Shown: positions 27,866 through 37,804 of the stretch, piece after piece | How positions within the stretch are numbered: the first letter of the stretch is position 1 | Layout: each line of letters opens with the position of its first letter | NCBI GenBank assembly: GCA_041621755.1 | Contig: JBFKAE010000002.1 | Location: 3,087 to 67,086 of the forward strand | DNA length: 64,000 nt | From: Sphingomonadaceae bacterium | GTDB taxonomy: Bacteria > Pseudomonadota > Alphaproteobacteria > Sphingomonadales > Sphingomonadaceae | Direction: 5' to 3' | Translations under genes and position numbers: made by a program | The notes under the pieces: model-generated | Databases searched by the model: none | Seen by the model: the letters and a program-made list of their open reading frames with translations, nothing else | Told to the model about the DNA's origin: nothing

Positions 27866-30001
27866 ATGGCGCCCCTCGCACGAGCATCTGGTCGATCAAG
27901 GCCGCTGATCGCGAGCCTGTTGCTGTCCTGCCTGCTCTTCGCCGCCACAGCCGCGCAAGCCCAGGTCTATATCCCGCCACCCGACGATCTGATCGAGGAG
28001 CTGCCGGTGCTTCCCGCCGCCGGCGAGACGCCGCTACCGCAATCCTTGCCACCACCTCCTCCCGCACCGGATTCGATGACGCCGGAACAAGCGAAAGCCG
28101 AAGCCCGCGCTGCGGGGAGCGCGCTGCGCGAGACCTATCAGAACCTGACAAAGGCAGCAGATGCGGCAGCGCAAGTGCCGGGCTACGAGGCCACCTATCC
28201 CGGGCTCACCCAGTACTACGACAATCCCGGCGAGATGTATGCCGCAGGCGCCGCGGAAGGCTATAGCAGCGAGGCCTACCGCACGGCAAATTCGACATCG
28301 CGCCCAACGGTCAATGTCACCCGCGACGACATTGCGCGTGCGACTGCGATCGAAGCAAGTCCCGACGCCTATCTCGATGGAGTGGGCGCCGATGGCTCGA
28401 CCGGTGATTGCACGCCGCTGCCGCCCGGGCCGGGCACGCCCAACAGCGCCGAATGGACCTGCCATGTCGGCTCGCAGGTCATCGAGGAGACCAAAAGCTG
28501 CACCAGCAATCTTGTCGTTACCGAGTGGAGCGCGCTCACCTACCAGTATCTTTGCGCGATTTCGGCAGGCTTCGATGGCTGCTCCGCGCTTGCCGGCAAT
28601 GGCCAGTGCCGGCGCACCGCAAGCTATCCCATCCCCGATTACGGCATCACCATTGACTATTACGATTGCAGCAGCGCGGTTGCCGATCCCAATATCTACG
28701 TGCTGGGCACCGTTCCGGCGCCGCCGCCGCCCGGCGCCTTCGAAGTCGTGAGCAATATCTACCGCTGCAACAGTGACGGGCTGAGCGCCGCACTCACCTA
28801 TGATCCGGTCACCGGCTTTCCGCTCGACTATGTAACCGGGCTCCAGCAATGCGGGTCGATTGGCTCGGAGCCTGCCTGCACCCGCACCACGCCAAGCAGT
28901 GCAGGGCTTACCGAGCGGAGTCTCTGCAAGACCTGGGATTTTGTCGGCGATCCGCTGAGCGGCGGATATCTGACCTGCATCGAGCCCGCCGCGCCCGAGG
29001 AAGTCTGGTCGTGCAGCACAACGCTCGCTGGGTTTACGCCGGAAGTCTCGGTCTCGAAGTGGTTCACCGAAAGCTGGAGCACTTCGGGCTGTCCCGACGA
29101 TCCGGTCGCCTGCACGCTCCAGAACGAAATCTGCACCGCGCCCAACGAGACCCGCACGGTAGCGGGCGTGCCTGTCACGCGCCCCTGCTGGCAGAAGAGC
29201 CGCCCATATCTGTGCCAACGAATTGTCGGGGGCGGCAACGACTGCGCCAGCCTCGAGGCCAATGCCTCGTGCTCGCTCGCGCGCGAAACCTGCCTCGACG
29301 ATTCGCCCGCTGCGAACGGATCGTGCGGCGTGACCGAGCGGATCTATTCCTGCCCGATTCCCGGAAGCACTCCCGAGCCCGCGCAGTACATCTGCGGCGG
29401 CGATGTCTATTGCATCAATGGCGAGTGCGAGACGATCGAGCGCGAGGCCTCTGACGAGTTCAAGGACGCGGTTGTGGCCTTGAATGCGCTCGGCCAGGCC
29501 AATGCCGAATTCGACGAGGCGACGCTGACGCTGTTTCGCGGCACGCGCGAGACCTGTTCGCACAAGCTCTTCGGGCTTTCGAACTGCTGCTCGGGACGCG
29601 GCGTACCGCTCCTCACGCCGCTCCTGTGCAGCCCGTCCGAAGTCCTGCTTGACCAGAAGGACGATGCAGGCCTGTGCCACAAGGTCGGGACCTATTGCTC
29701 CTCGAGTTTCCTCGGCATCTGCAAGACCAGGAAAGAGGTCTACTGCTGCTTTGAATCGAAGATCAGCCGCATCCTCCAGGAACAGGGCCGCCCCCAGCTT
29801 GGCAAGTCCTGGGGCAAACCCAAGACCGAGACTTGCGAAGGCTTTACTGTGTTCGAGTTCCAGCGGCTCGACCTCTCGGTCATGGATTTTTCTGAAGTCT
29901 ATGCCGAATTCGTCGAGGCCGCGAAGCTTCCCGATGAGGCCGCCACGCTCGTCGAAATCCAGCGCCGGATCGAAGCCTATTACGAAAGCCACCAGCCATG
30001 A
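27866..30001 (+). CDS. traN: TraN mating-pair stabilisation protein
   Basis: ATG at 27866. Signal peptide, very Cys-rich, C-terminal CCSGRG...CC motifs typical of TraN. Confidence 0.85.
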   Translation: MAPLARASGRSRPLIASLLLSCLLFAATAAQAQVYIPPPDDLIEELPVLPAAGETPLPQSLPPPPPAPDSMTPEQAKAEARAAGSALRETYQNLTKAADAAAQVPGYEATYPGLTQYYDNPGEMYAAGAAEGYSSEAYRTANSTSRPTVNVTRDDIARATAIEASPDAYLDGVGADGSTGDCTPLPPGPGTPNSAEWTCHVGSQVIEETKSCTSNLVVTEWSALTYQYLCAISAGFDGCSALAGNGQCRRTASYPIPDYGITIDYYDCSSAVADPNIYVLGTVPAPPPPGAFEVVSNIYRCNSDGLSAALTYDPVTGFPLDYVTGLQQCGSIGSEPACTRTTPSSAGLTERSLCKTWDFVGDPLSGGYLTCIEPAAPEEVWSCSTTLAGFTPEVSVSKWFTESWSTSGCPDDPVACTLQNEICTAPNETRTVAGVPVTRPCWQKSRPYLCQRIVGGGNDCASLEANASCSLARETCLDDSPAANGSCGVTERIYSCPIPGSTPEPAQYICGGDVYCINGECETIEREASDEFKDAVVALNALGQANAEFDEATLTLFRGTRETCSHKLFGLSNCCSGRGVPLLTPLLCSPSEVLLDQKDDAGLCHKVGTYCSSSFLGICKTRKEVYCCFESKISRILQEQGRPQLGKSWGKPKTETCEGFTVFEFQRLDLSVMDFSEVYAEFVEAAKLPDEAATLVEIQRRIEAYYESHQP

Positions 30002-30026
30002 GCCCCCAGAAGGTCAGGAACCGATC

Positions 30027-30854
30027 GTGATCCACGCCAAGGCCATCCCCATCGCCGCCGGCTTTGCCGCGAGCCTCGCTCTCAATCTCCTCGCACCAGG
30101 TGGCGCACGCGCGGCCAGCGGCGACGGCATCGAGGTCGAGCAGGCCGAGGACAGCTTCTACTGCAAGGAGCGCAAGCTTGGCACATGGTTCTATTGCGAA
30201 GACCCACGGCCCGAGCCCGGTAGCCCCGAGGCTGCCGCGCAGGTCCCGGCACGCGAGCGTCTGGCGGCAATCTCCACTGCGCTTGAGGAACTGAAGGCGC
30301 GCGCGATTCTCGAGCCCACCCCGGAAAATGTGACCGCTTACGTGCGCTTCCAGCGCGAACAACTCGACCGATCCTCGCTATTCGCCGATGTCTGGCAGCG
30401 CGCGCTCTGGCAGGATCCGGGTCTCGACTACACGCTCCAGCGCCCGGTCTCGACCCTGGGTAAGCGGGCATGGATCGATCAGCGCAAGACCGACCGCGAT
30501 CTTGCCATGTCCCGGCTCTCGCAGCGCTACGGCGTGTTCTATTTCTATGCCTCGAGCTGCGGGGCCTGCGAGATCTTCGGACCGATCCTCAAATCGGTGA
30601 GCGACAAGTTCGGGCTGGCCGTGCTCGCGGTCTCGATGGACGGCGGACCCTCGGCGAGTTTTCCGGACTATGTCGTCGATGCGGGGCAATACGAGCGGCT
30701 CGGTCTCGGCGCCGACCGCCAGGTGCCGGCGCTGGTGCTCTTCGACAGCGTGACAAAGCAGCCCATGCCGATCGGCTACGGCATCCTCAGCCAAGACGAG
30801 ATCATGGACCGGGTGTTCCAGCTCACCCAGGTCCAGCCCGGGAGCGACTACTGA
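30027..30854 (+). CDS. traF: TraF (thioredoxin-fold pilus assembly protein)
   Basis: GTG at 30027 gives a signal peptide. FYFYASSCGACEIFGPIL thioredoxin-like region. Synteny traN-traF-traH. Confidence 0.8.
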   Translation: MIHAKAIPIAAGFAASLALNLLAPGGARAASGDGIEVEQAEDSFYCKERKLGTWFYCEDPRPEPGSPEAAAQVPARERLAAISTALEELKARAILEPTPENVTAYVRFQREQLDRSSLFADVWQRALWQDPGLDYTLQRPVSTLGKRAWIDQRKTDRDLAMSRLSQRYGVFYFYASSCGACEIFGPILKSVSDKFGLAVLAVSMDGGPSASFPDYVVDAGQYERLGLGADRQVPALVLFDSVTKQPMPIGYGILSQDEIMDRVFQLTQVQPGSDY

Positions 30855-32293
30855 TGCGCGCGCGGCTGTTTCATGCCTCGCGCCGCGCCATAGCGGTCGT
30901 GCTCTCCGCATCAATCGTGCTGACAGCCCCCGTTCCCGCATCCGCCGGGGTCGAAAGCGAGATGCAAAGCTTCATGACCGAAATGGGCGCGCAGGCCAAT
31001 GTGACCGGCCCTTCGGCCTACCAGGGCCAGTCGGCGGGTTATTATTCGGGAGGCGCGATGTGGGCGCGCTTTCCGCAAAAGAACATCCAGCCCTTCAATA
31101 TCCAGCTGCCCCATGCACGCGCCGGGTGCGGGGGCATCGACCTCTTCGCCGGATCGTTCTCGTTCATCAACACCGCCGAACTCGTCGCGATGCTCAAGGC
31201 CACCGCCAACAATGCGCTGGGCTTCGCCTTCAAGCTCGCGATCGACACGATCTCGCCCGAGATTGGCAAGGTCATGGATGAGCTCGCGCAGAAAGTGCAG
31301 CAGATGAACCAGATGAACATTTCGTCCTGCGAAACCGCGCAGGCGCTGGTCGGCGGGCTCTGGCCCAAGACCGACACCGCATCCTCGGTGATCTGCGAGG
31401 CAATCGCGAACAGCCAGGGCGCGGTCGCCGACTGGGCGAGAGCGCGCCAACAGTGCAACAATGGCGGCCAGCGCGAGGCCTTGAAGGCCGGCAATTCCGA
31501 TCCCGACATGCAGGAACAGGCCGGCATGCCCAACAACTACACCTGGGAGGCCCTGGGCAAGAAATACGGCGGATTCGACACCCAGTTCCGCGAATTCCTG
31601 ATGACGCTGGTCGGCACCGTGATCTACGATCCGGCAGGCAGCGGCGGCAAGCCGCGCGTCCAGTTTATCGGCCCGGCGGATTCGGCGCTCATCAGCGCCA
31701 TGCTCGATGGCACCTCGGCCGCGCCGCACAAGGTCTGGTCGTGCGGGTCGGACACCACCAAATGCATGAATCCGGCCGAGACCGCGTTGGTGATCGGACC
31801 CAATGCGGCGCTGAAAGCCAGGGTCCGTACGCTGATCGAATCGATGGCCTTGAAGGTGCGCGATCCGGGCGCATCGCTGACCCCTGCCGAGGTGCAGCTG
31901 CTCGGCATGGCAAGCGTGCCAGTCTACAAGATCGTCACCGTCAGCGCGGCAGCCGAGTTCGGCATCTCCGCGCAGGAGATCAACGATCTCTCCGAAATCG
32001 TCGCGATCGACCTCGTCACGACCATGACCATGCGCTTCATCGACATGGCGGTGAACGCGCGCTCGGACTTCAACGGGGCGGATGCCGACAGCTTGCGCGA
32101 GTGGCGCGAGGGGCTTTACGAGACCCGCCGGAATTTCCTCGGACTCTCGGCGCGCACATCGCAACGGTTCGACCAGACCTTCGCCCTCATCCAGCGCACG
32201 CAGATGATGGAAAAGACCCTGCGCTCGCAGCTCTCGCCGCAGATGTCGGCGGCGCTCAGATTCTCGCGCACGCTCAACCAGCAGGTCCAGTAG
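30854..32293 (+). CDS. traH: TraH
   Basis: ATG at 30854 overlapping the traF stop. Signal peptide. GYYSGG...CGGIDLFAGSFSFIN signature of TraH. Confidence 0.9.
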   Translation: MRARLFHASRRAIAVVLSASIVLTAPVPASAGVESEMQSFMTEMGAQANVTGPSAYQGQSAGYYSGGAMWARFPQKNIQPFNIQLPHARAGCGGIDLFAGSFSFINTAELVAMLKATANNALGFAFKLAIDTISPEIGKVMDELAQKVQQMNQMNISSCETAQALVGGLWPKTDTASSVICEAIANSQGAVADWARARQQCNNGGQREALKAGNSDPDMQEQAGMPNNYTWEALGKKYGGFDTQFREFLMTLVGTVIYDPAGSGGKPRVQFIGPADSALISAMLDGTSAAPHKVWSCGSDTTKCMNPAETALVIGPNAALKARVRTLIESMALKVRDPGASLTPAEVQLLGMASVPVYKIVTVSAAAEFGISAQEINDLSEIVAIDLVTTMTMRFIDMAVNARSDFNGADADSLREWREGLYETRRNFLGLSARTSQRFDQTFALIQRTQMMEKTLRSQLSPQMSAALRFSRTLNQQVQ

Positions 32294-32308
32294 GGGCGGG
32301 CGAGGGCG

Positions 32309-35300
32309 ATGCTCGAGGTCTTCACCGTCGGGGGCGGCGAGTATCTCGTCAACACCTTCAACGCGATCGCTGCCTGGACCGGCTCGGGCGGATTCAAGGC
32401 GCTGATCCGCGTCTGCATGGTCATGGGGCTGATCTACGCCCTGCTGATCACCGCGATGGATCTCGACTGGCGCGCGTGGTTTCGCTGGTTCGTCCAGTCG
32501 ACACTGATCTACCTCGTGCTCATGGTGCCGACCGTCACGGTCAAGGTCACCGACCGTATCAATCCCGGCCTTGCGCCCGCGACGGTCGCCAACGTGCCGA
32601 TTGGCCTGGGGGTCATGGCCTCGTTCACCAGCCAGGTAAGCGATTACCTCACGCGCACCGCCGAGACGGTCTTTGTCATGCCCGCCGCGCTCAACTATTC
32701 GACAGGCGGGTTCGTCTATGGCGCGCGGCTGTGGGACAAGGTGCGCGGCTTCGAGATCCGCGATCCCGTCTTCAGGGCGAACCTTGACGGCTATCTCAAG
32801 CAATGCGCCTACTACGACATCCTGCTCGGCACCAAGAGCCTTCGGCTCCTTTCCGAATCCAATGATCTCTGGGCCGACCTCGGGGTCAATGCCGCCACCA
32901 ACCGCGGTATGAAATTCCTCACCGATACCGGGGGCGGGGCGGTCGATATCGAGGGGAGGACCTGCGCCGAGGCCTGGGTGCTGCTCGACGCGCAGTGGGA
33001 TGGGGCGATCAACGCCTATGCGCTGCCGTTCGCCCATTCGATGTATCCCAAGCTCACCCAGGCGGCAGCCGGCGCACGGCTTGCCGCCGACGTGCCCGTG
33101 GTCGCACAATTGCTCACGGGTACCGCCATGACCCGGAACCAGTTCTTCAAGCAAAAGAGCATGGTCGATGCCTTCGAGGCGGCCCAGCTTGATTTCGGCA
33201 ATGCCGATGCCGACGCCTTCGCCCTGCAGCGCGCCGATGCTCAGACCCGCAATGCGATGACCACGGCTGCCGAGCAGGGGCTGATCTGGATACCGGTTCT
33301 GGGCGTCGTGCTCACGCTCGTCTTCTACGCGCTGTTCCCGGTGGTGTTTCCGCTGTTGCTGTTCCCGCGCACCGGCATCGCGACGCTCAAGGGCTATTTC
33401 GCGGGGTTCTTCTACCTCGCCGCCTGGGGCCCGCTCTACGTCCTCATTCACATGTTCATCATGGACCGGCTCGCCAGCCAGACCGTTGCCAGCACCGCTG
33501 GCGGGGTGAGCCTTGTCACCTGGGCCGGGATCGACGCTGTCAACCAGGACGTGGCGACGATGGCCGGGTTCCTGATGATGTCGGTGCCGGTCCTTGCGCT
33601 GATGGTCATGCGCGGCACGCTCTCGGTCGCGCACAATATGGGGGCACTTCTGTCTCCAGCCCAGGGCGCGGCCGATGCCGCCGCGCTCGAACGAACCACC
33701 GGCAATTATGCGTTCGGCGATGTCAGCTACGGCAACCTCAACGCCGAGAACCGGCAGATGGCGCAGTGGAACCTTGCTCCCAATCTCATGGCGGGGGCGC
33801 CGCAGGCGAGCCTGCGCGGCGAGGACGGACGCATGTACCGCACCTATGGCGATGGCCATTCGGTGATCGATGCGAGCGGCGCGATTTCGCAATTGCCGTT
33901 CAAGGCGACGATGACGCGCGGCTATGCCAGTGATCTCAGGAACCAGGGCCAGTGGTATCTCAACGAGGCCGACCGGATCGAGAACGGCACGTCGACTACC
34001 TGGTCCAGTTCGCGCGGGCGGTTCGGCAGCGAAGTCGCCGCATCGAGCCAGGTCACCGGCTCGCGCAGCGAAAGTGGTTCACGCGCATCCGACACGCACA
34101 ATGTCGGCGGCAATGTCCTCATCGAAGGCTCGTCGGGCAAGTCAACCCGCGAGGTCACGAACGATGACCTGATCCTGCGGCAGGGGAATAGTCGTACCTA
34201 CTCCGACTTCGAAAATCGGACGTTTGGCTATTCACTCGGGTTAGGGGGGCGCTTGTCTGGCGGTTCTCCGGGTGGTGCAGGGAAGGGAAAGCCCGACGCA
34301 AATTCGGGCAGCAGCGGAGGCAATGTAGAAGCGGGCAAGGGAGCCGGATTGTCTGGCTCGTTGAGCGTCAATGGTTATGGCAGAAAGGAATGGGGCGAAG
34401 ATTCCCGAGCAAGCAGCGAGCGGTCGTCAACAAACCAGGTCACCCGTGGCACTGACAAGTCGGAGGACGTTGGCAGCCGCGTCGTGATCAGCGACAATGC
34501 GGGCGATGTGCAATCGAGCGGGACCTACAGCCAGGACTCCGATTATTCCGATTCGAGCCAGTCGCGCACCAGCAGTGGCGGAACCGACTGGCGCGTCGCC
34601 GAAGCCGAGGAACGCCGGGCCGCCGCTGCACGCTACCGCGAGATCGGCGGTCGCATGATGTCGGAAGCCAGCTATGCGGAGAGCCATGGCTTCCAGGTCT
34701 CGAGCGACATGTCGAACCTTATCCAGGAGCGCTACGAGACGCTGCAACGCGAACATCCCGAATGGCACCTGCCCGATATCTCCAACCCGCGGCTCGACTA
34801 CCGCGATATCGCCCGGCGCGACCAGGCGATCAGCTTCATCATGGACGACTTGATGAGCGACTTGCGCAGCCGCCGGATCGACGAACTGGCCGATGTCGCG
34901 AAGATTGCGGGGCAGGGCACTCTGGGTTCGGCCGCCGATCTCGATATCCCCGCAGGCGTGCCGCTACCAACCGGAAGTCTGAGCGAGAGCAGGTTGATCA
35001 CGCAGGACTTTGCTGGGCCGGTCGATGGGGCCGCCATGGCACGCGAGCTCGGACTTGGGATCAAACGCGGCGCGCGGCTCGACCGGATGGACGGATCGCT
35101 GGTCCCGGCGATGAGTGCGGTCGCGGAAGAGGCAAGCGCGCTTGGCCTGCCAAGGCCAGTCGTAACCTCAGGGAACGACAGCGACCAGCATGTCGCCGGC
35201 TCTGCGCATTATGCCAATCGCGCGCTCGACTTTAGGGGCAACAACATTTCCGACCAGCAGGGCGAGCAATGGGCCGCGCGTGTGCGCGAGCGCCTTGGCC

Positions 35301-35380
35301 CATCCTATGCTGTCGACTTCGAGCGGTTCCCCGACAACCCGGCGCGCGACCACCTGCATGTGGCCAAGCGCAAGAATTGA
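32309..35380 (+). CDS. traG: TraG (F-type, TraG_N domain) with Ser/Gly-rich linker and C-terminal LAS/M15-like peptidase motifs
   Basis: 1023 aa. Polytopic TraG_N region, a low-complexity S/G segment, and a C-terminus with SGNDSDQHVAGSAHYANRALDF (H967-x6-D974) and DHLHV (H1015-x-H1017). Confidence 0.9.
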   Translation: MLEVFTVGGGEYLVNTFNAIAAWTGSGGFKALIRVCMVMGLIYALLITAMDLDWRAWFRWFVQSTLIYLVLMVPTVTVKVTDRINPGLAPATVANVPIGLGVMASFTSQVSDYLTRTAETVFVMPAALNYSTGGFVYGARLWDKVRGFEIRDPVFRANLDGYLKQCAYYDILLGTKSLRLLSESNDLWADLGVNAATNRGMKFLTDTGGGAVDIEGRTCAEAWVLLDAQWDGAINAYALPFAHSMYPKLTQAAAGARLAADVPVVAQLLTGTAMTRNQFFKQKSMVDAFEAAQLDFGNADADAFALQRADAQTRNAMTTAAEQGLIWIPVLGVVLTLVFYALFPVVFPLLLFPRTGIATLKGYFAGFFYLAAWGPLYVLIHMFIMDRLASQTVASTAGGVSLVTWAGIDAVNQDVATMAGFLMMSVPVLALMVMRGTLSVAHNMGALLSPAQGAADAAALERTTGNYAFGDVSYGNLNAENRQMAQWNLAPNLMAGAPQASLRGEDGRMYRTYGDGHSVIDASGAISQLPFKATMTRGYASDLRNQGQWYLNEADRIENGTSTTWSSSRGRFGSEVAASSQVTGSRSESGSRASDTHNVGGNVLIEGSSGKSTREVTNDDLILRQGNSRTYSDFENRTFGYSLGLGGRLSGGSPGGAGKGKPDANSGSSGGNVEAGKGAGLSGSLSVNGYGRKEWGEDSRASSERSSTNQVTRGTDKSEDVGSRVVISDNAGDVQSSGTYSQDSDYSDSSQSRTSSGGTDWRVAEAEERRAAAARYREIGGRMMSEASYAESHGFQVSSDMSNLIQERYETLQREHPEWHLPDISNPRLDYRDIARRDQAISFIMDDLMSDLRSRRIDELADVAKIAGQGTLGSAADLDIPAGVPLPTGSLSESRLITQDFAGPVDGAAMARELGLGIKRGARLDRMDGSLVPAMSAVAEEASALGLPRPVVTSGNDSDQHVAGSAHYANRALDFRGNNISDQQGEQWAARVRERLGPSYAVDFERFPDNPARDHLHVAKRKN

Positions 35381-35385
35381 ATGAT

Positions 35386-35580
35386 CTAATTGATCAGGCC
35401 TGCCTCGAACGCCATCAGGATGAGGAAGCCTATCGAGAGAATGACGAGAGCAATTGTGTATGGCTCGAATGCAAAGCTGCCAGTCGGCTCATTCGACAGG
35501 ATTTCACCAGTCACAGGGTCGCAGTCAACGCCTTTGGCATTGATTGGCAAGCCATCGAGTCCGTAGCGATCATGGTCCAT
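35386..35580 (-). CDS. small tail-anchored membrane protein (hypothetical)
   Basis: 64 aa. ATG at 35580 preceded by AAGGAAG. C-terminal TM IALVILSIGFLILMAF. Convergent with traG, 5 nt between the stops. Confidence 0.35.
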   Translation of the reverse strand: MDHDRYGLDGLPINAKGVDCDPVTGEILSNEPTGSFAFEPYTIALVILSIGFLILMAFEAGLIN

Positions 35581-35823
35581 GGCAGGCTCTTCCTTGTCCC
35601 CGCATGGATAACCCGATCGGGCTCGATTTTCAATCGGATGGCCGGGCAAATCAGCGCCCCACGCCCCTGCCGCTCCATCCTCCTCCCGCAGCGCGCATGC
35701 GCTGGATTGCAGCGTTTGGACGCCGACGGCAAAGCCCGACATTCCACCTGCTGTTCCCTGAGCAGGCACTCTCAATGTCAATTTAACCTTGCAATCGTGG
35801 AGTTAAACTCCATAAATGCAAGG

Positions 35824-36987
35824 ATGATTGACCGGCGAATTCAGGAAGAACTGCTCGAACGCCTTGGCGAAGGCCCGATAGTAGCATTACTTGGACCGCG
35901 CCAGGTCGGCAAGACAACGCTCGCACATGAAATCGGCGAGCGAATGCCCTCGATCTATCTCGATCTCGAATCCGACGCCGATCGTGCACGTCTTGCGGAG
36001 CCTGAACTCTACCTTGAAGGACACGCAGACAAACTCGTTATCCTCGACGAAGTCCACCGGTTGCCAGGCCTGTTCCAGAACCTGCGCGGCCTCGTCGATC
36101 GAGGCCGCAAGCGAGGACAACGCGCCGGCAGATTCCTGCTGCTGGGCTCAGCCTCGCTTGATCTGATGCGCCAGTCAGGAGAAAGTCTGGCCGGCCGGAT
36201 TTCCTATCTGGAAATGACACCGCTTGATATCCTCGAATGCGGTGCCGGCAAACAGGACGAACTCTGGGTGAGGGGCGGCTTTCCGGACAGCTTTCTTGCT
36301 GCGGGCGACAAGGCCAGCGGGCGTTGGCGCAAGGATTTCATCAAGACCTATCTGGAGCGCGACATTCCGCAATTGGGGCCACGCATCGCCGCTGAAACGC
36401 TGCGCCGGTTCTGGACCATGCTCGCACATCATCAGTCAGGCCTGCTGAATGCAGCAGATTTTGCACGATCGCTGGGCGTCGATGGCAAGACGGTCGCGAC
36501 ATATCTGGACCTGATGGTCGACCTGCTGCTGGTGCGCCGACTGCCCCCCTGGCACGCCAATGTCGGAAAACGCCTCGTCAAATCGCCTCGGATCTACGTG
36601 CGCGACAGCGGTCTCGTGCACAGTCTGCTGGATATCGCCAACCTCGAAGCCTTGCTTGCTCACCCCGTGGCAGGGGCAAGTTGGGAAGGATTCGTGATTG
36701 AAAACCTCATTGGCGCTGCACCGGAAGGGACACTTGCAAACTTCTATCGAACATCGGCCGGCGCTGAAGTCGATTTGCTGCTCACTTTGCCGTCAGGCAA
36801 GGTCTGGGCCGTTGAAATCAAGCGCAGCCTGACACCGAAAGTGGGCAGAGGCTTTCACAACGCCTGCGAGGACATCGGGCCGGCACGGAAACTCATCGTC
36901 TATCCCGGAACGGAAAAGTTCCCATATGCGGACGATATCGACGTAATCCCGCTTCACGACCTCGCAAGCGAACTGATCTCATCCTGA
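35824..36987 (+). CDS. AAA-family ATPase with DUF4143-like C-terminal domain
   Basis: ATG at 35824. Walker A GPRQVGKTT, Walker B LVILDEVH, then YLERDI and RRLPPW...KSPRIYVRDSG, characteristic of AAA_14/DUF4143 proteins. Confidence 0.8.
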   Translation: MIDRRIQEELLERLGEGPIVALLGPRQVGKTTLAHEIGERMPSIYLDLESDADRARLAEPELYLEGHADKLVILDEVHRLPGLFQNLRGLVDRGRKRGQRAGRFLLLGSASLDLMRQSGESLAGRISYLEMTPLDILECGAGKQDELWVRGGFPDSFLAAGDKASGRWRKDFIKTYLERDIPQLGPRIAAETLRRFWTMLAHHQSGLLNAADFARSLGVDGKTVATYLDLMVDLLLVRRLPPWHANVGKRLVKSPRIYVRDSGLVHSLLDIANLEALLAHPVAGASWEGFVIENLIGAAPEGTLANFYRTSAGAEVDLLLTLPSGKVWAVEIKRSLTPKVGRGFHNACEDIGPARKLIVYPGTEKFPYADDIDVIPLHDLASELISS

Positions 36988-37068
36988 GACGCAGATTGTA
37001 TACTCAGCCCGGCGAATGAGTTGAGTTGGCCTTGTCGTTTCTTGATGTCGGTGGAGCTGAAAGCGCCA

Positions 37069-37305
37069 TCAACCACCGCCATCCAATCGCTCCCAGTACT
37101 CGACCTCGATCCGGTCGAGATCGACAACCCTCCCGCGAATGGTCACCCTGCCTACGAGATCCTCGGGCACCTGATCATCGACGAACCCGAGGCGCCAGAC
37201 GACACCTTCGTCATCGCGCAAGAGCGGCCCGCGCGGTGAAGCTTCGATTGTTCCGACATGGACATTGGCGGCGCGCGAGTTCGGTTGGTGCATGGTCTTG
37301 TTCAT
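37069..37305 (-). CDS. small hypothetical protein
   Basis: 78-aa ORF with beta-rich, protein-like sequence (GVVWRLGFVDDQVPEDLVGRVTIRGRVVD). Family not confidently recognised. Confidence 0.35.
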   Translation of the reverse strand: MNKTMHQPNSRAANVHVGTIEASPRGPLLRDDEGVVWRLGFVDDQVPEDLVGRVTIRGRVVDLDRIEVEYWERLDGGG

Positions 37306-37552
37306 AACGATTGGAGAATGACACGCGCCCGGAAACGGCGAGTCACGGCTCTTCTAGGGCTGAAGCACCATCGACGCCACCCTTTGAACGAGAAGGGCGA
37401 AGCACACCCTACGCGATCCGAAGCGATCATTACGCGATTCTCTCCACCGCCCGGTCGGCGCGGCCCAGTGGGAGGCGACCCGGACCGCGCCGTTCCGGTC
37501 AGGCGCGGCGCAAGGCCTGCCCGGCGGAAGAGGTTGGGGAAAGAAACGCGCA

Positions 37553-37756
37553 TCAGAAGAACCCGGTACGCCGTCCATAGGAGAGGTCGCTCGGCGCCGA
37601 ATCGCCAAGCGCTGAACGGCGTACACTGAGCGTCACACTGCCCTCACCGCGGGCGCGCAGGTGCAGGTCGCGCAGTTCGAGGCCGTTGCGCTCGGCCCAG
37701 TCGCGCGCATCGGCTTCGCTGGCAAAATCGCCGATTTCCTGGTGGTCATAGGACAT
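37553..37756 (-). CDS. small hypothetical protein
   Basis: ATG at 37756 (MSYDHQEIGDFASEADARDWAERNGLEL...). Immediately upstream of traI on the same strand. Confidence 0.35.
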   Translation of the reverse strand: MSYDHQEIGDFASEADARDWAERNGLELRDLHLRARGEGSVTLSVRRSALGDSAPSDLSYGRRTGFF

Positions 37757-37804
37757 GGGACGGGTCTCCTTGGCAGTATGGGTGAACGGGGGAGGGGGCA
37801 CAGC

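Noticed and set aside
28034-29992. 652-aa minus-strand ORF
   Set aside because: It is antisense to the Cys-rich TraN gene and looks like a shadow ORF.
30911-33892. 993-aa minus-strand ORF
   Set aside because: It is antisense to traH and traG, which have clear family signatures and operon context. The sequence is an Arg/Gly/His-rich low-information frame.
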